DNA from: a virus
IMG/VR virus record: IMGVR_UViG_3300020165_001964
Reading direction: 5' to 3' (one strand)
Length of the DNA stretch: 64,000 bases
The translations under genes were made by a program, and so were the position numbers. The notes under the pieces are model-generated. The model was not told the DNA's origin. It searched no databases and was given only the letters and a program-made list of their open reading frames with translations. Positions 10,218-18,770 of this stretch are shown here, piece by piece; position 1 is the stretch's first letter, and each line of letters starts with the position of its first letter.

Positions 10218-11837
10218 ATGGCACAATGGAGAAAAGTAATAGTAAGTGGTTCGGCTGCGGAACTATCTTCTTTGACTTTAGACACTGCATTACCAGTAGC
10301 ACAAGGTGGTATTGGTGGAACATCTTTAACAGATAAAGCGGTTTTAATTTCACAAGATAGTGGTACAGATGCAGTTGGGTCTCTTGCCTTAACAACAAAC
10401 GGAAGTATAATCGTGGGTGGTTCAGGTGGACCAGCAGTAGAAGCAGCAGCAGATGTTGCAGGAACTGGTTTAACCGCGGTAACTGGAGATGGAACATTAG
10501 TGATTAATGTTGATGCATCTCAGACAGGAGTTACAAGTGTGGGTACGCTTGGGGCTGGAGCTATTTCAAGTGGTTTCGGTAACATTGATATCGGTACTTC
10601 AACACTAAACGCAGGTAATACGACTTTAGATAATTTTACAAATAATTCAGCAGTAGCAGATTCACACATCACAGGTTCGATGACTGGTTCATTTAGTGGA
10701 GATGGTTCAGGTTTAACAAACATAGCAGCAGCAAGTTTGGATATTGATGCATTTTCAGCAGGAACAGCATTACATCAAACACAAGACCACCTTTTATATT
10801 CAGATAACGGAACAGAAAAGAAAATTACATTTAGTAATGTAGAGGATGCTATATTCGGAAATGTTAGTGGAGATGCAACAATCGCAGCAGGTGGAGCTTT
10901 AACTATTGCAAATGATTCAGTAGACAACAATATGTTAGCAAACATCACACAAGGTAGTATTAAAGTTGGTGGTGGTTCAAACGCACCTACTGATTTAGAT
11001 GCAAAAACAGATGGACAAATTTTAATTGGTGATGGAACAGATATTAATTCAGTAGCAGTTAGTGGTGATATAACAATCGGTAACGATGGTGCTACAACAA
11101 TTGGAGCTGATAAAGTTCATGGAACTATGTTAAATACAGATTCCGCAGATACTTCAACAATAGAATTATCAAGTGATACACTATCAGTATTGAAAGTTCC
11201 AAATGATTTAACCATAGATAATGTAACACTTAACTTAAATAGTGGTACAACATACAATGGAAGTGGAGCAGTAACTCTATCAGCAAAAACTGCAGCAATA
11301 GCAAATGGTGGGACTGGACTTGCAACTGCAGACCAGATTCATACATTCTATACTACAGGTGGTGCTGATTTAGCAACTGCATTGAATACGGATTTAGGTG
11401 GTAACTTTACAATAGGTAATCAATCAAGTGATACTGCTACATTTAGTGGTGGTGTTATTGTTACTGGTGATTTAGATGTAAATGGCTCATTAACCACAAT
11501 TGATAGTACTAACTTGAGAGTTGCAGATAGATTTATCTACGCTTCAAGTGGTTCAACAAGTGGTGATGGTGGTTTGATTGTTGGAACTGGTGCAGGTGGA
11601 CTTGGAACAGCTCTTGGATATGATGATTCAGCAAAGAGATGGTCATTAACGAAAGAAGATGATACGGCAGAAAATGCTACATCAATCGCACCAAGACAAT
11701 ATGTGGTATCAGTTAGTGGTTCAGCAGTTAATCCTGTTGCAGGTGCTAATCCAAGTGATTTTGGAACAAGTGCAACTGATAGAATTGGTATGATGCATGT
11801 TAACACAGATGATGGAACAATTTGGATTTATTCATAA
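10218..11837 (+). CDS. Tail fibre protein
   Basis: Gly/Ala/Thr-rich repeats (LPVAQGGIG, VSGDATIAAGGALTI, VSGDITIGNDGATTI) and a VTGDLDVNGSLTTIDST motif. Confidence 0.7.
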   Translation: MAQWRKVIVSGSAAELSSLTLDTALPVAQGGIGGTSLTDKAVLISQDSGTDAVGSLALTTNGSIIVGGSGGPAVEAAADVAGTGLTAVTGDGTLVINVDASQTGVTSVGTLGAGAISSGFGNIDIGTSTLNAGNTTLDNFTNNSAVADSHITGSMTGSFSGDGSGLTNIAAASLDIDAFSAGTALHQTQDHLLYSDNGTEKKITFSNVEDAIFGNVSGDATIAAGGALTIANDSVDNNMLANITQGSIKVGGGSNAPTDLDAKTDGQILIGDGTDINSVAVSGDITIGNDGATTIGADKVHGTMLNTDSADTSTIELSSDTLSVLKVPNDLTIDNVTLNLNSGTTYNGSGAVTLSAKTAAIANGGTGLATADQIHTFYTTGGADLATALNTDLGGNFTIGNQSSDTATFSGGVIVTGDLDVNGSLTTIDSTNLRVADRFIYASSGSTSGDGGLIVGTGAGGLGTALGYDDSAKRWSLTKEDDTAENATSIAPRQYVVSVSGSAVNPVAGANPSDFGTSATDRIGMMHVNTDDGTIWIYS

Positions 11838-11854
11838 ACTAAAGTGAGGTTACA

Positions 11855-12160
11855 ATGGCTTTTAATATTAAAGGCAAAACAACGAGTATAGTGAATGAAG
11901 TAGCTAAGTTTAAAAAGGATGAGATAGAGTTCTTGTTTGAATTAATTAAGAACTCTATGATTCCAGGTAAACATTTAGGTATGGCAATGGAAGTAGTTAA
12001 TAAACTAAAATCGCAATACCAATTGATAAATAGAACAAGTGCGAAAGTACAAAAAGTTGAATCAACGAAATCCGTAGTTGATAAAGAAATTTCTAAGATT
12101 CAAGAAGAAGAAAAGCAAAGACTTAAAGAACAAGACGGAGAACTTTGGGTTGAAGAATAA
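11855..12160 (+). CDS. Small helical hypothetical protein (possible fibre chaperone)
   Basis: ORF with SD (GAGG) between two fibre genes. Confidence 0.45.
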   Translation: MAFNIKGKTTSIVNEVAKFKKDEIEFLFELIKNSMIPGKHLGMAMEVVNKLKSQYQLINRTSAKVQKVESTKSVVDKEISKIQEEEKQRLKEQDGELWVEE

Positions 12161-12218
12161 CTTATTGGCCTTGTTTGGCAACAAGGAAGTGGGCCGAGGG
12201 GTAACCAACCATAAGGAG
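12161..12218 (+). promoter_or_regulatory. GC-rich structured leader occluding the SD of the next fibre gene
   Basis: CCTTGTT/AACAAGG hairpin (12169-12186) inside a CTTAT(T)GG/CCATAAG outer stem that overlaps AAGGAG. Confidence 0.45.
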
Positions 12219-12227
12219 ATAAAATAG

Positions 12228-13280
12228 ATGCCAAGTTGGAAAAAAGTAGTAACATCGGGTAGTAATGCCGTATTAAATGATATCACTTTAAGTGGTGATA
12301 TATCTGGTGTAAGTGCATCTTTCAGTTATGTAACTGCCAGTAGAGTTGAAGTTGATGCATCTACTCTAACCATTGGTGGAACGGAGATTGGTAAAACTCA
12401 AGCCGATAATTTAAGAAATACCACTGGTACAAATACTGGTGATGTTACATTAAGTGGAACACCTGATTATATCACAATTAGTAACCAAGTTATTACAAGA
12501 AATCAAATTGATTTAACCGCAGATGTTACAGGAACATTACCTGTAGGAAATGGTGGTACTGGTGTAACTTCCATGACAAATCTAAAAAATGCATTAGATG
12601 ATGAAACATGGACTTTTGCTGAAAAACTTACAGCAGATGCTGGTATAGATATTGATAACATCAACATTGATGGAACCACAATAGCATTATCTTCAGGTGA
12701 TTTAACACTTGATGCAGCAGGTGATATTATTCTTGATGCAGATGGTACTGATATTATCCTTAAAGATGGTGGTACTGAATTTGGTAGATTCAAAAGAGAT
12801 ACTTCAGATTTCGTTATAAAATCTGCAACAAACGATAAAGATATAGTATTCAAAGGTGTTGATAATAGTGCAACCATAACTGCATTAACATTAGATATGT
12901 CAGATGCAGGACACGCTTTGTTTACTGGTAACATAAGTGGTTCTACAATCAGAGCAAGTGGAGATGTTATAGCGTTTAATTCATCCGATAAAAGATTAAA
13001 AGATAATATAATACAAATTGGAAGTCCATTAGATAAGATTAATAAGATTGGTGGATATGAATTTGATTGGAATGAAAACCAACAAGTATATAGTGGTCAT
13101 GATGTTGGGGTTATTGCTCAAGAAATAGAAGAAATTATACCTGAAGCAGTTAAAGATAGAGATGGTGGGTATAAGGGTGTACAATATGAAAAGATTATAC
13201 CATTATTGATTGAGGGTATCAAAGAATTAGATAAAAAAATCAAACATATCGAAAAGAATTGTGATTGTTTGAACAAATAG
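12228..13280 (+). CDS. Tail fibre with C-terminal intramolecular chaperone (peptidase S74)
   Basis: SDKRLKDNI...GVIAQEIEEIIPEAV...VQYEKIIPLLIEGIKEL is the S74 autocleavage domain signature. Confidence 0.85.
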   Translation: MPSWKKVVTSGSNAVLNDITLSGDISGVSASFSYVTASRVEVDASTLTIGGTEIGKTQADNLRNTTGTNTGDVTLSGTPDYITISNQVITRNQIDLTADVTGTLPVGNGGTGVTSMTNLKNALDDETWTFAEKLTADAGIDIDNINIDGTTIALSSGDLTLDAAGDIILDADGTDIILKDGGTEFGRFKRDTSDFVIKSATNDKDIVFKGVDNSATITALTLDMSDAGHALFTGNISGSTIRASGDVIAFNSSDKRLKDNIIQIGSPLDKINKIGGYEFDWNENQQVYSGHDVGVIAQEIEEIIPEAVKDRDGGYKGVQYEKIIPLLIEGIKELDKKIKHIEKNCDCLNK

Positions 13281-13318
13281 TTTTATATTTATTTATAGTA
13301 AATTAACAAGGAGTTATA

Positions 13319-13612
13319 ATGGCAAAGAAAAAAGATACAGATAATGTTGTCAAGTTTACAGAAGACGAGTTAAAATCATTAGAGGCAGTAAGAAACGACT
13401 ACCTTAATATTCAACAAGAATTCGGTAGAACCAAAGTAAGAAAAATTTTGGCTCTAAAACAAGTAGACGAGATTGAACAATATGGTGTTCAATTAGAAGC
13501 AGCTTATCAACAAGTACAAGATACAGAAGCAACATTGGCTAAAACCTTAGAAGAGAAATACGGAAAAGGTAATCTAAATGTGGATACTGGCGAATTTACA
13601 CCAATTACTTAA
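13319..13612 (+). CDS. Small coiled-coil hypothetical protein
   Basis: Strong SD; ends LEEKYGKGNLNVDTGEF. Confidence 0.55.
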   Translation: MAKKKDTDNVVKFTEDELKSLEAVRNDYLNIQQEFGRTKVRKILALKQVDEIEQYGVQLEAAYQQVQDTEATLAKTLEEKYGKGNLNVDTGEFTPIT

Positions 13613-13634
13613 AAAAAGTTCTTGGTTGAGTATA

Positions 13635-13660
13635 TTTTGAGATTTTAAAATGATACTTAT
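13635..13660 (+). promoter_or_regulatory. Bipartite phage promoter TTTTnA(G/C)-N10-(G/T)ATAnnTAT
   Basis: Identical spacing at 13635, 25357, 32871, 33448, 46035 and 56044. Confidence 0.55.
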
Positions 13661-13712
13661 AGAGTAAGTATAAAGTTTTACTCACAATTTAATATTAATA
13701 GGAGAATAACAC

Positions 13713-16049
13713 ATGGCAGAGAGAATAGTCAGTCCAGGTGTATTTACAAACGAAAAAGACCTATCATTCTTACCACAAGGTATTGCTGATATAGGTGCTG
13801 CAATTATTGGTCCAACTGTCAAGGGACCAGCATTTGTACCCACCCAAATCACAAGCTTTTCACAATTTGAAAATATCTTTGGTGGAGTTGATAGTCGTTT
13901 CTATGTACCTTACACCGTCAAGGAGTACATTAAAAATGCTCCAGCAGTGACAATTGTTCGTGTATTAGGATTAGGGGGATATCAGAGCTCATCAATTAGA
14001 TTAGCTATTTCAAGTTCTCTTGGTACTATTACCGCTGCAGTACTAAAACCATCGAGAAATGCTCCATCCTTAGACTTGGGTGGACCAACATCAGCATCAA
14101 TAGCCGCAAGTGGTGATTTTGAAGCTGCTACAATAACAATCAATGGTTCTGCAAAGGCAATTTCATTTAACACAGGTTCTGCAAACTACATCACAAAGAT
14201 TTATGGGTCAGACCCACAATCTACAAACAATGATGTTTATGTTTACAAGAACTTCAAAGACTTTCAATCATCCAATGGATTCGATGCAAATGTAAGTATG
14301 AGTATAGTAAGTGCTTCAACCTCAAATGGGGAAGATTTCACTCACGATTACGCAGTAGCAACTACACCTTACATCGTATCTCAGTTGGTTGGAAGTGCAA
14401 ACAAAAGTTTATTTAAAGTAAATACTCGTTCACATGGAACAGATGTAAATGATAACTTTAAAATCGCTATTGCAGATTTAACTGCAGCTGGTTCAGTACC
14501 AGGTAGTGATTTTGGTTCATTTTCATTAAGAGTGTTGAAGAATAATCCAGGTGAAACCAATGATGGCGAAGTAATGGAAGAGTTTACTAATCTAAACTTC
14601 GATTCAGATTCACAAAACTACCTACCAAGAGTAATTGGTGATAGATATGTAACAATAGATACAAATGGAAAATTAACCTACAATGGTGATTGGCCAAACA
14701 AATCAGTACATATTTACATATCTGATTACATAACAAATCTTGAGGGTATCGATGAATCATTAATACCACATGGTTTTGCAGCAGCAAGTAATCCAACTCT
14801 TGGAACAACAACAATCCCAAGTGCAAGTTTTGTATCAACACAAAACAACACACTCGGTGTATTTGACCAAAATGTTTACTATGGTTGGAAATTTGCAGCA
14901 GAGACTAACAAACAATACCTTGCTCCAATACCTGCAAGTGCAGGCACTGGAAACAATGCAGTATTCTCACTTGAGAATATGTTAGGACATACCGATGCAT
15001 CTACACTTGGTGTAACAACATACGCAGATGGAAGTGAAAATCTATCTTTAACAGCTGCAGCGAAATCTCAGTTGAAATTTGTTGTTCCTTTCCAAGGCGG
15101 ATTTGATGGTGATGACCCAACAACATTGAAAGCAGTAGGTAATGATATTTCAGGTACAAACACACAAGGATTCAATTGTAATGATGCGAATGCAAGTGGT
15201 TCTGTTGCTTACAAACGAGCAATTAATGCAGTAAGTAATCCAGACGAGTTTGATATCAATTTATTGGTAACACCAGGTATCATACATGAATATCATAATT
15301 CAGTTACTAATCATGGTATTAGTAAAGTAGAATCTCGTGCAGATGCATTCTACATTATGGATGGTTCAAGATGGGGTAGAAGTGTGGCAAATGCAGTATC
15401 AGATATTAATACTATCGATACTAATTATGCTGGTACATACTATCCATGGGTCAAGATAATTGATGAAAGTAAAAATAAACCAGTATGGGTTCCACCATCA
15501 GTTGTATTACCAGGTGTGTTATCATTTAATGATTCTATAGCACACGAATGGTTTGCACCTGCTGGATTGAATCGTGGTGGATTATCATCAGTATTAGAAG
15601 CAAAAACAAGATTAACACATACAGAAAGAGATGAACTCTATGAAGGTCGTGTTAACCCAATTGCTTCATTCCCAGGTCAAGGTGTTGTGGTGTTTGGACA
15701 AAAAACATTACAAGGAAAACCATCTGCTCTTGATAGAATCAATGTAAGAAGACTGTTAATCAGACTTCGTAAATTCATTGCTTCTTCATCAAGGTTCTTG
15801 GTATTCGAACAAAACACAAGTGCAACAAGAAACAAGTTCCTATCTATAGTGAACCCATTCTTGAATAGTGTACAACAAAATAGTGGATTAAGTGCGTTTA
15901 AAGTAGTAATGGATGAATCAAACAACACACCAGATGTTGTGGATAGAAACCAATTAGTTGGTCAAATCTTCATTCAACCTACAAGAACTGCTGAATTCAT
16001 CGTGTTGGATTTCGTAATACAACCGACAGGAGCAGCATTTCCTGAATAA
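13713..16049 (+). CDS. Tail sheath protein (gp18 family)
   Basis: SPGVFTNEKDLS start; YYPWV, WFAPAGLNRG, GQKTLQ, LDRINVRRLL and PTRTAEFIVLDF. Confidence 0.95.
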   Translation: MAERIVSPGVFTNEKDLSFLPQGIADIGAAIIGPTVKGPAFVPTQITSFSQFENIFGGVDSRFYVPYTVKEYIKNAPAVTIVRVLGLGGYQSSSIRLAISSSLGTITAAVLKPSRNAPSLDLGGPTSASIAASGDFEAATITINGSAKAISFNTGSANYITKIYGSDPQSTNNDVYVYKNFKDFQSSNGFDANVSMSIVSASTSNGEDFTHDYAVATTPYIVSQLVGSANKSLFKVNTRSHGTDVNDNFKIAIADLTAAGSVPGSDFGSFSLRVLKNNPGETNDGEVMEEFTNLNFDSDSQNYLPRVIGDRYVTIDTNGKLTYNGDWPNKSVHIYISDYITNLEGIDESLIPHGFAAASNPTLGTTTIPSASFVSTQNNTLGVFDQNVYYGWKFAAETNKQYLAPIPASAGTGNNAVFSLENMLGHTDASTLGVTTYADGSENLSLTAAAKSQLKFVVPFQGGFDGDDPTTLKAVGNDISGTNTQGFNCNDANASGSVAYKRAINAVSNPDEFDINLLVTPGIIHEYHNSVTNHGISKVESRADAFYIMDGSRWGRSVANAVSDINTIDTNYAGTYYPWVKIIDESKNKPVWVPPSVVLPGVLSFNDSIAHEWFAPAGLNRGGLSSVLEAKTRLTHTERDELYEGRVNPIASFPGQGVVVFGQKTLQGKPSALDRINVRRLLIRLRKFIASSSRFLVFEQNTSATRNKFLSIVNPFLNSVQQNSGLSAFKVVMDESNNTPDVVDRNQLVGQIFIQPTRTAEFIVLDFVIQPTGAAFPE

Positions 16050-16074
16050 GTTTATTAGTAAGTAATAGACAAAC

Positions 16075-16105
16075 AAAAACCCCGCTTTTTCAAGTGGGGT
16101 TTTTT
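16075..16105. terminator. Bidirectional terminator
   Basis: AAAAACCCCGCTT...AAGTGGGGTTTTTT between convergent genes. Confidence 0.8.
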
Positions 16106-16181
16106 GTTGCTGTTTCTAATATAGTGAAACTCTGCATAACCCTTTCGATTTCAAATATGTAGTAATCGAGAACCCACAAAT

Positions 16182-16427
16182 TTACATTTCTAACGCATCT
16201 AACCATTCCTCTATTTCGTTGTAAGTCATTCTACCATCTTCTTCAAGAGCTTCTCTCTGTTCTTGTCTTGTTAATGGTTTATCATTGTTCCATACTGGTC
16301 CAATATTAGTTTCATTTTGGAACTCAATATCATGTTCTGGTAATTTACCATTATCTCTATTCAATTCATAATTCATACAACCTATCGCAAAAGTTCCCAT
16401 ATCCATATTTCTATCCTTTTCTATCAT
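16182..16427 (-). CDS. Small acidic hypothetical early protein
   Basis: Lies in a gap with no + strand gene and has its own sigma70-like promoter. Confidence 0.6.
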   Translation of the reverse strand: MIEKDRNMDMGTFAIGCMNYELNRDNGKLPEHDIEFQNETNIGPVWNNDKPLTRQEQREALEEDGRMTYNEIEEWLDALEM

Positions 16428-16438
16428 TATTACACTAT

Positions 16439-16467
16439 AATATAATGCTTTTAAACATTGGAGTCAA
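16439..16467 (-). promoter_or_regulatory. Sigma70-like early promoter TTGACT-N17-TATATT
   Basis: Reverse complement of 16439-16467, just upstream of 16182..16427. Confidence 0.65.
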
Positions 16468-16475
16468 GTGTTTTT

Positions 16476-16565
16476 TTATTTTTTTTTCGCACAATACCAA
16501 GTACAATATTTACCATCTTTGTACTCGATAACTGCTTTTACTTTTTTACATTTATTACAATTCAT
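16476..16565 (-). CDS. Unannotated 29-aa Cys-rich peptide MNCNKCKKVKAVIEYKDGKYCTWYCAKKK
   Basis: Translated by hand. CxxC...CxxxC, with an upstream GAGAG and a dedicated promoter. Confidence 0.55.
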   Translation of the reverse strand: MNCNKCKKVKAVIEYKDGKYCTWYCAKKK

Positions 16566-16591
16566 TATTTATCTCTCATTTCTTATATCTT

Positions 16592-16621
16592 AATATACAA
16601 CATAAAACCTATACAAGTCAA
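16592..16621 (-). promoter_or_regulatory. Sigma70-like early promoter TTGACT-N18-TATATT
   Basis: Reverse complement of 16592-16621. Confidence 0.65.
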
Positions 16622-16742
16622 GGATTATTTTTAAAAAACTTCAATAAAACTAAGAAGAAAGTACTACTATAATTCACTTTTTTTTGTTTGCTGATATTTA
16701 TTATCGAAGAAATTTTAAAGGCAAATACTTTAGGAGATAAAA

Positions 16743-17234
16743 ATGGCCGATATTTTAAAACAAGACGAAATCTTTTTCAAAGCGTTTGAACCTAAAACTA
16801 AAAATAGGTTCATTATGGATATCGATGGTATACCGAGTTACTTTGTAAAAACAATGAATAGACCTCAAATCACATTTGAGGAGATTGAACTAAATCATAT
16901 CAATGTTAAACGATACCTTAAAGGTAAAGGTACTTGGGAACCATTAGAGATTACTCTCTATGACCCAATCGTTCCATCAGGTGCTCAGGCAGTTATGGAA
17001 TGGGTTAGATTACATCATGAATCTGTAACAGGTCGTGATGGATACTCTGATTTCTATAAGAAAGATATTACTTTCAATCTTTTAGGACCAGTTGGAGATA
17101 AAGTTGAAGAGTGGAAGTTGGTTGGTGCATTTATCCAAACAGCAAACTTCAACGATTTGGATTTTGCTAACGGAACGGATGTTGCTGATATCAGTTTAAC
17201 ACTTCGTTACGATTACGCTATTTTATCATTCTAA
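16743..17234 (+). CDS. Tail tube protein (gp19 family)
   Basis: EPKTKNRF, WEPLEITLYD, YKKDITFNLLGPVG and ISLTLRYD. Confidence 0.9.
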   Translation: MADILKQDEIFFKAFEPKTKNRFIMDIDGIPSYFVKTMNRPQITFEEIELNHINVKRYLKGKGTWEPLEITLYDPIVPSGAQAVMEWVRLHHESVTGRDGYSDFYKKDITFNLLGPVGDKVEEWKLVGAFIQTANFNDLDFANGTDVADISLTLRYDYAILSF

Positions 17235-17247
17235 GAACGGAGGGCAT

Positions 17248-17475
17248 ATGAGTATGTGGGAAATTTTCAAAGATGACAATGAGTACAATGAGAAATCAAT
17301 AATTGGTTTCGGTGCATTCACAATAATGGTTATTTTTGCAGGAGCAGATGTTGTTACTGGTATCATGGGTAAAGACTTAGTTATCAATGATGTAGTATAC
17401 AATTCATTTCTATTCACTACTTTAGGTAGTTTCGGTATCGCAGGTGCTGAAAAAGTATTAGGAAATAAAAAATAA
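17248..17475 (+). CDS. Small two-TM membrane protein (holin-like candidate)
   Basis: Two hydrophobic segments and a basic C-terminus. Confidence 0.4.
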   Translation: MSMWEIFKDDNEYNEKSIIGFGAFTIMVIFAGADVVTGIMGKDLVINDVVYNSFLFTTLGSFGIAGAEKVLGNKK

Positions 17476-17553
17476 AAAAATAAATTCGTTTTTACGAAAG
17501 TTACAACATAATTATTATATATGGTTTTAAATTCATTTCATAGGAGATAAACA

Positions 17554-18324
17554 ATGGCTGAGAATCAGTACGCGTTTCCTACTGAACAATTATCTTTACC
17601 ATCAAAAGGATTACTATATCCTAAAGATAGTCCATTAAGTAGTGGAACAATAGAAGTCAAATACATGACTGCAAGAGAAGAGGATATTCTTACCTCTACA
17701 AATCTAATAGAAAAAGGTTTAGTGATAGATAGATTATTAGAATCAGTAATCGCTGACCCAAAAGTAAAATTAGATGATTTATTAATTGGTGATAAGAATG
17801 CATTGATGTTAGGTACTCGTGTATTAGGATATGGTAAAGAGTATGTATGTACTATCATAGACCCCGATACAGGTTTAGAAGTTGAAACATCATTTGATTT
17901 AACTAAATTATCAACAAAAAATTTAGATAAGAAGTTGATAAAGGGTGGTAATAAGTTTCAATTTACCTTACCAATATCAGGTAGAGTTTTAGAGTTCAAA
18001 CTATTAACACATAAAGATGAAAAAGAAGTTCAAGCAGAGTTGGATGGATACAAAAAACTTGAACAATTAAATGGTGTATCAAGAGAACTCACTACTCGTT
18101 TGAAAAAACAAATCATTTCAGTAGATGGTGAAACAGATAGAGGTGAAATAAATAACTTTGTAGACAATCAGTTTCTTTCACAAGATACAAGAGCATATAG
18201 AGATAATTTAACCAAGATATCACCAGATGTAATATTCGAACAAGAATATACAAGTCAAATAGGAGAGCCCCATAAGGTAAATATACCTGTAGGGGTACGA
18301 TTTTTTTGGCCTGACAGCATCTAA
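17554..18324 (+). CDS. Baseplate hub assembly/tail assembly chaperone (gp26-like)
   Basis: LPSKGLLY, KYMTAREEDIL, DLLIGDKNAL and terminal FFWP; sits between tube and tape measure. Confidence 0.7.
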   Translation: MAENQYAFPTEQLSLPSKGLLYPKDSPLSSGTIEVKYMTAREEDILTSTNLIEKGLVIDRLLESVIADPKVKLDDLLIGDKNALMLGTRVLGYGKEYVCTIIDPDTGLEVETSFDLTKLSTKNLDKKLIKGGNKFQFTLPISGRVLEFKLLTHKDEKEVQAELDGYKKLEQLNGVSRELTTRLKKQIISVDGETDRGEINNFVDNQFLSQDTRAYRDNLTKISPDVIFEQEYTSQIGEPHKVNIPVGVRFFWPDSI

Positions 18325-18493
18325 TAAATTAGACCTACACGAAGAAATATTTTCATTAGTATATTATGATTCAAAGTTCTCGTTCACAGAACTTTACACC
18401 ATGCCCGTATATCTTCGCAGATTCTATACTAATAAACTACTCGAAGTTCGTAAAAAAGAAAAAGAAAAGGCAGAAAAGCGAAGAAGAAGATAG
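18302..18493 (+). CDS. Start-less +1-frame extension of the tail chaperone (frameshift product)
   Basis: Reads FFGLTASNKLDLHEEIFSLVYY...MPVYLRRFYTNKLLEVRKKE..., entered at the T7 run 18301-18307. In-frame TAG at 18290-18292 upstream. Confidence 0.65.
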   Translation, partial: FFGLTASNKLDLHEEIFSLVYYDSKFSFTELYTMPVYLRRFYTNKLLEVRKKEKEKAEKRRRR

Positions 18494-18556
18494 TTCATAA
18501 AATATAGGATTTTGATATTTATTATTGGATTCCAACATTCAAAGGAAATTAATCTT

Positions 18557-18769
18557 ATGTTTAAGAAAGAACAATTAAATAAACTACATGAGCAAGGACT
18601 ACTTGAAGGTCTGTTAAACACTCTTGTAGATAAAATCAAGGGTATCAATGATGCAGAACTTGACAGAATCTTTTCAAAGAAAGACCAAAAGATAGCAGAT
18701 GCATTAAAAAAACTCAAGAAAAATCCAAGAGCAGAAAGAGCAAGAATAGAAAAAGCATTAGGATTGTAA
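18557..18769 (+). CDS. Small helical hypothetical protein
   Basis: ATG at 18557 after AAGGA and a late-promoter motif at 18514. Confidence 0.5.
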   Translation: MFKKEQLNKLHEQGLLEGLLNTLVDKIKGINDAELDRIFSKKDQKIADALKKLKKNPRAERARIEKALGL

Positions 18770-18770
18770 T

